A DNA stretch of 63,993 nucleotides, counting the filler, from Octopus bimaculoides (lineage: Eukaryota), in the NCBI RefSeq assembly GCF_001194135.2. It is 5 parts of 5 records of this genome, joined end to end, with 100 filler letters (N's around TTAATTAATTAA, not from the genome) between each part and the next. Parts side by side here need not be neighbours in the genome. Positions count along the whole stretch, not along the records: positions 52,300 to 59,899 come from NC_068982.1; positions 60,000 to 62,891 come from NC_068987.1; positions 62,992 to 63,993 come from NC_069010.1; 2 more parts are not named here. One strand, 5' to 3'. Numbering within the stretch: position 1 is the stretch's first letter; the number at the start of each line of letters is the position of its first letter. A program made the position numbers and the translations under genes. Positions 52,972 to 63,832 of the stretch are shown here, one piece after another. The notes below the pieces were generated by a model. It saw only the letters and a list, made by a program, of their open reading frames with translations, did not search any database and had not been told where the DNA came from.

Positions 52972-53284
52972 ATTCATTGACAATGTAGACTGTAACATGA
53001 GAGAAAGCTGAAATGAAAGCTCTATGTGTGAAAATACTCTAGCACCGTATTCTATACAAAAGCAGGTGAATTATATTAAAGAACATTGTATACTCTTTTC
53101 AGTACAAAGTGATGCTTTAAACACAGATGTAACAAACTGTTTTCTTACAGTTCTGAGTTACAATCATTTTGAGAATTAGGGGCAACATGTGTTTCTTGGC
53201 TTTTACAGTGATAACAATGAATCATCGGGGGAAATAAATTAGATATTATCTGAACTAGAAATATCAGGTCTAAATTTAAATATT

Positions 53285-53484
53285 CTTTTACTTGTTTCAG
53301 TCATTTGACCGCGGCTATGCTGGAGCACCGCCTTTAGTCGAACAAATCGACCCCAGGACTTATTCTTTGTAAGCCTAGTACTAATTCTATCATTCTCTTT
53401 TGCCGAACCGCTAAGTTACGGGGACGTAAACACACCAACATCGGTTGTCAAGTGATGGTGAGGGACACAAACACAGACACACAA

Positions 53485-53526
<42 letters not shown>

Positions 53527-53682
53527 GACGGGCTTCTTTCAATTTCTGTCTACCAAATCCACTCACAAGGCTTTGGTCGGCCCGAGGCCATAGCAGAAGA
53601 CACTTTCCCAAGGTACCACGCAGTGGGACTGAACCAGGAAACACGTGGTTGGGAAGCAAGCTTCTTACCACAAGAGCCACGA
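53285..53682 (-). mobile_element. SINE family A, near full length
   Basis: Complete head, body and tail. Confidence 0.9.
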
Positions 53683-53989
53683 CTATCAGAAAATTAAAAA
53701 AGACCGAAGAACATTGTTCCTGTAAATTGTTATATTTTGCACAAACAGGAATTTGAGATTGAAAGTATTGTGCTCAAAATGTACGACTCTTTACGCATTT
53801 GAGATAAAGAAGCAACGCTGTTAAAGACATTTTTTGAAATCGTCGATGATGATAATAATTATAATCTGATACTCCATGTTGTGACTAGACAGCTCTCTAT
53901 TTTCTTTCTCTTGTTGAGATACTTAAATGCTATGAAGTCCTAAAGGGTTATTTTCAAAGATGAGAGACGAAGGAGTTCCCCGATGCGCT

Positions 53990-54680
53990 GTGGCAGTATT
54001 TGGAGAATGAAGAATTTACATGCAAATCGTCAGAGATCTATTTCTTCTACCTCAGTCACTTATGTTATTCTCGGACACTTTTGAAATACTAAAAGACTAG
54101 TCATTCAGTACAATTTAGGCATTTAACCTAATGGCTGAGCTGAAAAGAAAATTTGATGGAAAGGTAAAATATTACTTGATGAGGAGAGGAGAAATACCCC
54201 CATAACAATTTGTGCCATACTTTTGTGAGGATTTTGTGAAACAGTCAAGACCATGAATATGATGAGGTTGACTTATAAGATGACTATGGAGTTATAGAAT
54301 CACATAACAGTACTTCTGAGATGGTAAATAGCTTTAGTCAAAAAATTTATCGTAAATTATTCAATAATTCTAAGATTTCTTTTACAAACCTGAAAAAGAT
54401 GGAGCTTATTTCTTCTTGTTTCCATTATAGCAATGCTCGAGAGAAATCATTAGCTGGTGGAACCAATCAAAACAGAACTCCAAATATGTAACAATTTCGC
54501 TGAAGCGTATCCAGCTATGAAGAAAAGGCTGTAGGCCAACACAAAATCTAAGGAGATGGTACCTAAGGAACAGAAATATATTTGCAAATAAAAAGTGGTC
54601 ACTGTGAAAAGAAGGTTCAGCTCATCCTTTGTAACTAGAACAATGAATAATTGAATAGGGAAAGGGCTCTGGAGAAAAAT
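53990..54680 (+). mobile_element. Highly degraded CR1 3' relic
   Basis: ...LTYKMTMEL... and ...VKRRFSSSFVTRTMNN* resemble the CR1 C-terminus. Confidence 0.45.
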
Positions 54681-54734
54681 CGTTGATTAATGATTGAATA
54701 GCTTGGTTTTGTTAAATCTCTGAACGAGGTATAA

Positions 54735-55094
54735 GCAGTAACTGTACGGCAACGTGAAGTATATTTGCCACTTAAATGCGGCTAAACCCTAAGGGTGAAT
54801 GCTACTGTTGCTTTTAGCCCCAGGAGAACATCTCCAGCTGGCTATTGACACACTTTCTGTGCCCTGTCGGTATTTGCAAAGGGAAGTCATCCTTCCCATC
54901 GTCGATCTGACGTGATATGCACGGACTCGAGTTTTTTGGGGTATTTACCCTTCGTCAGCGTACGACAATCACCGATCTTCGATGCGAAGGGCTCCCAATG
55001 CAAATACATATATACTTTTTCCTGTGACGAAAAGCAACAGTAGCATTCACCCTTAGGGTCTAGCCGCATTTAAGTGGAAAATATACTTCACGTT
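54735..55094 (-). mobile_element. Penelope-like/retrozyme-like short element with a hammerhead core and a 65-bp inverted terminal copy
   Basis: Arms 54751-54815 and 55030-55094 (2 mismatches); hammerhead at 54919-54963 on the minus strand. Confidence 0.7.
54919..54963 (-). ncRNA. Near-intact type I minimal hammerhead ribozyme
   Basis: Minus strand reads GTACG-CTGACGA-AGGGTAAATACCCC-AAAAAAC-TCGA-GTC^CGTGC: helix I GTACG/CGTGC, helix II GGGT/ACCC, palindromic ACTCGAGT helix III and a GUC site. G12 reads A. Confidence 0.7.
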
Positions 55095-55604
55095 AGCTTG
55101 GTTTTGGTATATTGATATTTGCAAAAATAGTAACTTATTAGAATGTCGGTTTAACAAAACAACCAAAGATAAAATACCTATTTGTTGTTTTTACAATAGG
55201 GTTAAAATTTTATTTAAAAAAGACATTTTTGATTTGCTATTCACATACATATTAGTATATATGCATATGTGTTTATTTGCGTATATATAAGTATATGTTT
55301 ATGCTATGTATTTGGATAGGTATATGTATATATTTTTACATCCCCTCTATTTGAGGGTTTCGTAGATAGTGATCGACACCGGTTTGACTGATTACTGAGT
55401 TGGATTTTTTAGGAATATGATAAATGAATTAAGAAATGAAAATAATGAATGACAGGTTAAAATTATGTAATTCATTTTTGTCTTTATTGTGTTGTATATG
55501 TATGTAGTACAGAATCTAATTATATACACAAACAGCTGTGGACTTATAACACCTTTCTTCCACCCCTTTAATTTTCTCTGTCGTTTGTACTCTGTATAAG
55601 TTGG

Positions 55605-56686
55605 GGATCTTTTTGGTTTGACGGGCAACACTTGTTTTCTTAACGAAACACTTTCAAACTTGGGATACTGGTAGAATGTGTCATATAAAACATCTTTTTC
55701 TCTTAGCCTTCTTAACAAAAATTATTTCTTAATAAGTTATTTCATGTTAAATTTGTCGTATTTCTGTAATTTCAACCAATCACTGACGTCTATTCAGCTG
55801 AATACAGTTACTGCTCTTTTTATAAACAATAATTTTTACCGGCGTTAAGAGTGTTATTCCCTGTTTANNNNNNNNNNNNNNNNNNNNNNNNNNNNNNNNN
55901 NNNNNNNNNNNNNNNNNNNNNNNNNNNNNNNNNNNNNNNNNNNNNNNNNNNNNNNNNNNNNNNNNNNNNNNNNNNNNNNNNNNNNNNNNNNNNNNNNNNN
56001 NNNNNNNNNNNNNNNNNNNNNNNNNNNNNNNNNNNNNNNNNNNNNNNNNNNNNNNNNNNNNNNNNNNNNNNNNNNNNNNNNNNNNNNNNNNNNNNNNNNN
56101 NNNNNNNNNNNNNNNNNNNNNNNNNNNNNNNNNNNNNNNNNNNNNNNNNNNNNNNNNNNNNNNNNNNNNNNNNTTTTAGAGTTAGGGTTAGGGTTTTAGG
56201 GTTAGGGTTGGGGTTAGGGTTAGGGTTATGGTTATGGTTATGAGTTATAATCATAACCCTGACCGTAATCCTAAAACTAACCCTAACTCTAAAACCCGAA
56301 CCTTAACCCTAAAACCCTAAGCTAAAACCAGTACAAACGCACGAACGATGTCATAAACAACAGTGACAAACGAAATATATACCGCTGATAGTTGTTGTTG
56401 ACAACGGATAGTTTTTGTTGACAAACAACGGCCCTAATTTTATTCAAGGGAAAATATCCCCTGACACCGTTGTTTACATTCCACGGCGTAATTGTTTTCA
56501 CCTCAATAGACGTCAGTGATTGGTTGAAATTACCGAAATACGACAATTTTTTACATTGAATAACTTCGAATACAAATTTTTTTATCTGTTCTATATCACA
56601 AAATATACAAGTATACGAAGTTTGAAAGTGTTTCGGTACCAAAAATACTACATAAAAAAATGTTGTCCGTCAAACCAAAAAGATCC
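55605..56686. mobile_element. Non-autonomous TIR element (about 190-bp imperfect inverted arms) containing telomere-like repeats
   Basis: GGATCTTTTTGGTTTGACGGGCAACA...TGTTGTCCGTCAAACCAAAAAGATCC; inner IR TTTCAACCAATCACTGACGTCTATT/AATAGACGTCAGTGATTGGTTGAAA. Confidence 0.85.
56174..56330. repeat. Interstitial head-to-head (TTAGGG)n-(CCCTAA)n-like arrays
   Basis: The G-rich array switches to the C-rich array around TTATAA at 56245-56250. Confidence 0.88.
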
Positions 56687-57389
56687 TAAGTTTTCACCTA
56701 TTAATATAAATATCTATATCTTTATACTTAAAGTAAAAATTTGACTTTATTTTGTAGCATAAGCGCGGATATATTTGCACATGATCGTACGAATTTGTTT
56801 CGTGGGGGTATGTATAAATATTTGTAACTATTTTTCTTTGAATATTGTGCTGAGGATGAGAAATAAGCTATTTTACTGCTTTAATCTCGAAATTGGACCA
56901 ATGCACAATTGACTTTGGAGTTTTATTTTGTATTTTTCATTTGCTCGCCTACAACCCGTATTTTTGCAGGAGCTAAAGGTGGTTTTATAACGTTTTTTGG
57001 CGTATTCAGACAATATGTAGGAGCAGGGGTTTTTTCCTTCCCCCTTATATACTCTTTTACTCTTTTACTATAATTATATAATTTATATATATACTTATTT
57101 TAGTATATATTTATACTTAAATATTCATCATCCGAATGTCTCCACCTTTTGCTTTCTCTCGGTTTGTATATATACATATATACATATTTTGTATTTCATA
57201 CCCTAACGATTATATTTAATAAATTTAATCTATCTAATTTGTTTATCCACATAATTGCCTCTATATCTAATGTACTAAATATATGCACGTATATTTATGG
57301 CAATAAATTAATGTTTTTACAAAAAACGTAATCCTTTACATAACTTTTTAATGTTTACATTCTTTTACAATTTTGCGGTAAATAACGAC

Positions 57390-57619
57390 ATGTCAATGTC
57401 TGGTCATAGAAAAAAAATCGCTCCGTTCAAAAGTGTCGACATTAAAACTGACGATGATGAAAATAAAGTTGATGACAACGTAATCGAGACTGACGATAAT
57501 GTGAGTCTGACAATGACGAATTTGAGATGGACGTTGACGAGGTTGATGTTGATAATATGGAATTTGAGGAGGGGGTCCCAGTAGATAAAAAAAAAAAACA
57601 TAAGCTTGTTTTATTTTAA
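57390..57619 (+). pseudogene. Acidic ORF relic split by a 1-nt frameshift (or an exon ending at 57500)
   Basis: MSMSGHRKKIAPFKSVDIKTDDDENKVDDNVIETDDN is followed, in a shifted frame, by ESDNDEFEMDVDEVDVDNMEFEEGVPVDKKKK. A GTGAGT donor sits at the junction. Confidence 0.35.
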
Positions 57620-58341
57620 AATTTCGCTTTTTTTTTTACCTTATTGATACATAAATTAGTTTTTTTTCAGTGTTTTGAAACAATTTTACAGACAGATGCC
57701 ATTCTGTACATTTATTCTTAAAAGACATTTTTGCTATATAATGAATCATTTAGTGTTTTCGTACTTTACTGGAAACGATTTCTTACTTTTGTATTATCTA
57801 ACCAAAGAAAGAAAAAGACTTTCTACAATTGAAGAATGTGGCAATGACAGTAAATTTATAATTAATTGTGAGACAACGAGGAAACGAAGTTTACCTCCAC
57901 ATTTTTCTTGAGAAATACAACAGCAATATTTCTATGGCTCTGACATTTATTTCTCTCACAAAATCAACTCACGCAATTCTCTATTTTCCTCAGTAATATT
58001 AAGAAATTTCATGGCAAATACGATAATTAAAAGTAGCTGTCTCCGAGACGCATTTCTTTGGATCTAAAGCTTCAAAAACCGTAATTTAATGAACATATTT
58101 AATGACACAAACCATTTCTATGTTTCATTACTTAGTTCTACATAAAAATTTATATAATATACTGTATTAAATAATTCAATGTATTATACGAATTAATGTA
58201 TCATATAATATAATGAATTCTTGGGGTTTGGCTGGGATTCTTGAAGAATAGTCTAAGAAAATACTTTTTTATTATATCGTACTCTACGACATAGTAGAAA
58301 GGATTATATTGTACTCTACGAAAAATTTCACATAAGAGAAA

Positions 58342-58641
58342 TTAAGTGATCATAGATTTTATGTTATTCATCAATATACCTGCCTCTTTTAGTATTTCTC
58401 TTTTAATAAAATTAACAAGTATAACTTTCTTATTACTGATAACAGAAACATGTAGTCTGAGAGTTCTGAAGCTCTCAGCTTGAAACTCTAATTTCATTTT
58501 ATATACAGATGATAGGCTAAAATCATATATGCGAAACACATATTTAGAATTGGTTTCTGGAAATCTTCTCGTATGGTAGGTGTTGAAATCACCCCATCTT
58601 CTACGGCTACTAAAGTAAAACCAAAGACAAATCCTGGTCAT
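58342..58641 (-). mobile_element. LINE APE endonuclease relic (CR1-like)
   Basis: RWGDFNTYHT...YDFSLS resembles the GDFN motif. Confidence 0.55.
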
Positions 58642-58890
58642 TGATTCAATAGCCTTACACTACTTACTAAAAGTGATAACCACCGAGTATAATTAATTAA
58701 ACTTTCATTTAATATCTGATTTAAGTATGAGACACAGATTATTTTAAACTAATACTGCTTCTGTTGCGCGTAACAAATTTCTATTCAACCGACCGGCTAA
58801 CCAGTTAATTTGCAACAGCAGTGATTTTTCGAAATTTTTCTATAACAGTAACGATGGATTTCCTCTTAGCATGCGGTTGCCAGTGGGTAC

Positions 58891-58935
58891 TTGCTACTGA
58901 CGAAGCTCAGGGAGGTTGAAATACATAAATAGCAA
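58891..58935 (+). ncRNA. Decayed hammerhead-like motif
   Basis: TTGCTA-CTGACGA-AGCTCAGGGAGGTT-GAAA-TACATAAA-TAGCAA; 6-bp helix I intact, cleavage triplet damaged. Confidence 0.45.
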
Positions 58936-59234
58936 TGCCACCACCGCTACTGGACGATTTTTGTCCACTAATATAATTTATAGTGCAATTTAACATTGTA
59001 CGTCTCTAAGAGTTATCTCTGAACGAATGCTGCAACTAATTAGGCCTTCCATGGTGTATCTGCTGTAAGTATAATACGCAAATTGATATATATTCTTTTA
59101 TTATTTTACATGTTTCAAGCATAGGGCGTGGCTATGCTGGGGGTGCAACTGTGGAACTGAGTCTAAAACACGTTGTTGTAATGCAGACTTCTTAACCTCA
59201 CAACCATGCCAGAATATGTATGTACTTATATATA

Positions 59235-59852
59235 TACAGAATTGGTCCCGGCCGAGTCTACATGTGGAGACAGCCAAAAGAAGCATTTGACCCAGACTGC
59301 CTTCTTCCAACTGTTAAACATGGAGGACGATCTGTGATGATCGGGGGGGAGGGGAGACTATATCTAGAAAATCCGCCCAATGGTTTCCCTTCATGGCAGA
59401 ATTAATAGTCAAGACTATTTAAGCACTTTATCTGATCAAATTCATCCTTTGGTTGGGGAACTGTTTCCAGAGGGAAACGCAATCTTTCAGGATGATAATG
59501 CACCAATTCACACAGCTAAAGTTGTTACTGAATGGCAGGAGAAACATTCGAGTGAAGTTGAACATCTTATCTGGCCACCACAGTCCCCAGATCTCAATAT
59601 TATCGAACATTTATGGTACATTTTAGAGAAGCAAGTAAGGAGTCGATATCCTCCACCATCATCATTACAAGAACTGGAGACTGTTTTAGCTGAAGAATGG
59701 ACAAAAATTCCTTTGTAAACAATTCAAACTTTGTACAGTTCATACCTCGTAGAATTCAAGCTATAATTACTGCCAAAGGCGGTCCTACCCCATGTTAAAA
59801 TAAATTTGTTCGAAATTTTAAGGTGTTTCCATTATTTTGTCCAATCCCTGTA
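59235..59852 (+). mobile_element. Tc1-like transposon 3' half with DD36E spacing and right TIR
   Basis: PTVKHGGRSVM...FQDDNAPIH...WPPQSPDLNIIEHLW, with 36 residues between D and E. Ends GGTGTTTCCATTATTTTGTCCAATCCCTG-TA. Confidence 0.9.
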
Positions 59853-59866
59853 TGTATGTATGTGTT

Positions 59867-59899
<33 letters not shown>

Positions 59900-60044
59900 N
59901 NNNNNNNNNNNNNNNNNNNNNNNNNNNNNNNNNNNNNNNNNNNTTAATTAATTAANNNNNNNNNNNNNNNNNNNNNNNNNNNNNNNNNNNNNNNNNNNNT
60001 CTATCTATCTATCCATCTATCTATCTATCTATATATATATATAT

Positions 60045-60095
<51 letters not shown>

Positions 60096-60429
60096 TACAT
60101 GGATGGATGGATGGATGGATGGATCGATGTAAATATATTTATAACGATCTGAAAGAATGAGTACTCAAAACCGAAGTGGGTAAAATAAGGCTTTTTCATA
60201 AAATTTCTGTTAAGTCTATGGAATCATGCTATGAGGGGACCGGCACACCGAAGAATAGTTCCAACGTCTCCTATACGTATCCTAAAAGGTGACACGTATA
60301 GGGCTGATGTACGATCTGCTCTCCAATCAGCAACATCTTCATCAGCATCAACCTCTTTTGTAAACACAAATAATTCTCTCTTCCGGCGAAGTACCTTTAC
60401 TGCCTATAAGACATCTTGTATGAAGTGAC

Positions 60430-62330
60430 TTTGGTAAAGCAGTCAGGACCACCATCCCACGAACGGAGAAAAACCTGCAGAATAGGATTGCTGGGGGTTG
60501 TTATCTGAATGGTGCAAAGTTGTCAACTGCCAGGAGGGGAAAATCTCAGCTGGGCATGAGGAAGCCTATTGGAATGGTTAACTGGAATATTCTTTCGCTG
60601 AGTGATTATTCCCGTCTGCACCTAATGTCTTTGGAACTCAGCTGTTTGCATGTTGGCGTCTCTATCTGAGATGCATCGGTCTATCTGAGATGCATCGGTC
60701 TATCTGAGATGCATCGGTCGAATGGCTGCTTCCAATTGTATCAGATGTAACATCTATCAACGAGCGTATCATGTGGCTAAGGATTCGACAGTTTCTGCGT
60801 GTCATTTCTTTGGTTGCAAGCGTATGCTCTGCTGTGGAGAGTATATCCAACAGTGACACGTTGTTGGTCATGGGTGATTCCCATGTCCGAAGTGGGGATA
60901 ACAGAACGGAATATAAGAGCGTCGTCAGCTCTATTGGATCCGGCACTAGGTACGAAAAGAATGTGATGCACCTGGACTTCGCCAAAACCATGGAATTCTT
61001 ATTGCTGGCTCCTGATACCAATGTCCTGAGCTGCATCGCTGGACTTGGTATTCTAACACTGGCTGTGTGGCAAAGGAGATTGCCCGCGTACTTATAGATG
61101 GCAACTAGACATTCCTACAGAATAAGAAGGTTTTTCGGAGTGCTAGTTTCTTGAGCATCGGCCACAGACAGGTGAGACTGTGACTGGAGTCTAAGAGGCT
61201 GAAGATAGTCAATCTCAGACTGGATGTTGACAGGTGCAAAGACAACAGTGTAAGCAAGACGTATTCGCAGCAGTTTGGAACAATACTACTTGGTGATAAC
61301 TCCTCATCTGATCTTATGGTAATGTTGGAAGCATACAGGGGCTACCCTACTGTCGAGCGCTAGTGAATGCGTTAGTTTGCAAACGCGGGCCAGGAAAGGC
61401 TTCCTTTCCAGGGAGACCCACGCAATGATGGACCGTAGCCGCAGACCGAAATTGGGTGGAGCCCATGGGGATTTGCTTCGGAGGCTGAGAAGTGAAATAC
61501 TCAGAGCTCTGAGCTCTGAAAAAGAAAAGGCAGTCCGAGAAATCTGCGAGAGGGTCGAGAGTCGGCTTCACTTGTTCGACTCATGTATTGCCTACAGAGG
61601 AATTGCTATACTCAGTGGAGTGAAACCTCCACTCGGTGTTCTGGAGTCTTAGATTCTGATGGCACACTTCTGATGGGGGAGCCCTGAGCATCGTATTTGA
61701 GGAGTTGTAAAAGCTGGATTCACGTAGTACTAAATATCACGATGCCTGTTCAGTACTGGTGACCGAGCCGTCAGTCAGCACTGGTAACCGAGCCGTCAAT
61801 CTGCCGTCCGAAGACGAAGTTTGTACGGCAGTAAAACAGCTGAAGTGTGAGAAGCCAGCCGGTGTGTGTGACACCCATAAGAAGGCAGCTTGGCTTATTA
61901 CAGTCTTGTTCTTGCGGCAGATCATCTGCTCAATTTGGAGTAGGGGTATCATACCGCCTGACTGGTGTGGGGGACATAAATATCCCGCTCTAAAAATGTA
62001 AAGATGATCGCCACAGCGGCAACAATTAATTTGCTCAATGCACAGTAAGCTCTTTACCAGCTTCATCGTGAACGGAGTGTGAAATTATTTGCTTACGTCT
62101 CAGCGATTGGAACTGTCAGGGTTCAGGAGAAAGGTGTCAAATTCTTATAGGATTCTGGCTCTTTATGTACTCATAGAACGCCAGCTGAGATTTCGGCAGG
62201 GACTGCTTGCAGGCTGTATTAACTTACACAAAGCGTTTGACTTGGGATATGCTTTGGGGGATACTAGAGCTGCAAGGTATATCTCCTCAACCGATTGGGC
62301 TGGTTATAGCCTTGTACACTTATAAACAAT
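60430..62330 (+). mobile_element. RTE-clade LINE relic (APE endonuclease to start of RT), many stops and frameshifts, truncated before YADD
   Basis: VNWNILSL endonuclease start; RILALYVLIERQLRFRQGLLAGCINLHKAFD matches the RTE RT motif RILALRVLIERRREFRQGLLAAYVDLRKAFD. Confidence 0.88.
60661..60717. repeat. 3 x 19-bp perfect tandem repeat inside the RTE relic
   Basis: TCTATCTGAGATGCATCGG x3. Confidence 0.95.
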
Positions 62331-62589
62331 ATGTTAGTGCGTGCGTCTGTGTATGTTTATATGTGTGCTAAATGTGTGTGTGTGTTGTGTGTGCGTGCGT
62401 TTGCATACTAGTTTGTGCGAGTGGTTGGGTGGGAGGTTATGAGCAGTTAATAGTGAACAAGTAAGTAGTGGTGGACGGAGTGTCAGTGGGTGTGAGTGTG
62501 ATCCATCCTTCTAACGAAAAACCTATCTATCAGTCTGTCATCTATCTGTCTGACCTATCTATCTATCTATCTATCTATCTATACATACA

Positions 62590-62620
<31 letters not shown>

Positions 62621-62707
62621 GCATGCATACATAGGTGAATATATAATTGATACATAGATGTACGTACAATTGAATATATAATTGATACATATATATGATA
62701 TACTGTA

Positions 62708-62872
62708 TAGGTGAGTGGCTGTGTGGTAAGTATCTTGCTTAGCAACCACATGGTTTCGGGTTCATTCCGACTGTGTGGCACCTTGGGCAAGTGTCTTCTA
62801 CTATAGCCTCGGGCCGACCAAAACCTTGTGTGTAGGTTTGGTAGACGGAAACTGAAAGAAGCCCATCGTATA
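62708..62872 (+). mobile_element. SINE family A, 5' half (runs into a spacer)
   Basis: GGTGAGTGGCTGTGTGGTAAG...GGGTTCATTCC...GGCACCTTGGGCAAGTGTCTTCTACTATAGCC. Confidence 0.88.
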
Positions 62873-63088
62873 TATATATATATATATATATNNNNNNNNN
62901 NNNNNNNNNNNNNNNNNNNNNNNNNNNNNNNNNNNTTAATTAATTAANNNNNNNNNNNNNNNNNNNNNNNNNNNNNNNNNNNNNNNNNNNNATTTATTTT
63001 CGATAATTTCAATTGATTTTAATCGATATAAATTTCTTTTCTATTTGAAAATTGGTTATGAAACAAGTGTAATCTTTTTATTATATTT

Positions 63089-63318
63089 ATCTTATGATAT
63101 TTACTTTACTTTATATTATACTCATTTATTGTGCTTTTAATTATTAATTTTTCTATATGTGATAGTGGATTTTCATCAATGAGTTCCTAAAACTATATAT
63201 TATATATATACTTTATCTATAAGGCTCAATTTAATTTTAATTTATAAATTGATTTTAATTGAGTTCTTTACCTGTAATTTTGGATTTTGTCCCTAATATT
63301 ATTATTATATATATACAT
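63089..63318 (+). repeat. Second copy of the 11601-11852 repeat
   Basis: Direct homology. Confidence 0.7.
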
Positions 63319-63673
63319 CAGATCTCTGAGCAAAGACATTCCTGCCATGACTATTGTAACTATTCCTTTCGGTTGTATAACAATGACATCAATAAACACT
63401 CACAACGCCGGGCCTAGGAATCGAAACCGCGATCCTATGACTGCGAGTCCGCTGCCCTAACCACTGGGCCATTGGAGCAACCAATAAGATCAAATTGATG
63501 ATCGGAAATTTTTTTCAGAAGAGAAGAAAATAAATCAACAAAACAAAAAAAGACATCACTGCAAGAAACATGTTCAAAATGAAACAAAAAAAAAAACTAC
63601 GGAAAATATAAGAGAAAAAAAGGGCGATCTTTCGATACTAGTCCACCACAACTTCCAGTCGTTGCGCGCACGC

Positions 63674-63832
63674 ATACTGATTACATGATCGTATAGTGTG
63701 TTTATGTGTTTAAATGACTTGAAAATATGAAAAGACAACATTAAATAGAAACTCAAACCTTCTCCCCCTCAGATGCATACAGTTCTCAAACTTTAAACAC
63801 ATAAACACACTATACGATCATGTAATCAGTAT
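63674..63832. repeat. Perfect 41-bp inverted repeat with a 77-nt loop
   Basis: 63674-63714 is the exact reverse complement of 63792-63832. Confidence 0.97.

Noticed and set aside
56174-56330. Relic of a chromosome end-to-end fusion
   Set aside because: It is enclosed symmetrically by transposon-like TIRs, so element-internal repeats are more parsimonious (kept as a finding in that form).
60231-60428. 65-aa ORF upstream of the RTE relic
   Set aside because: It is short and has no motif; likely the RTE 5' flank or UTR.
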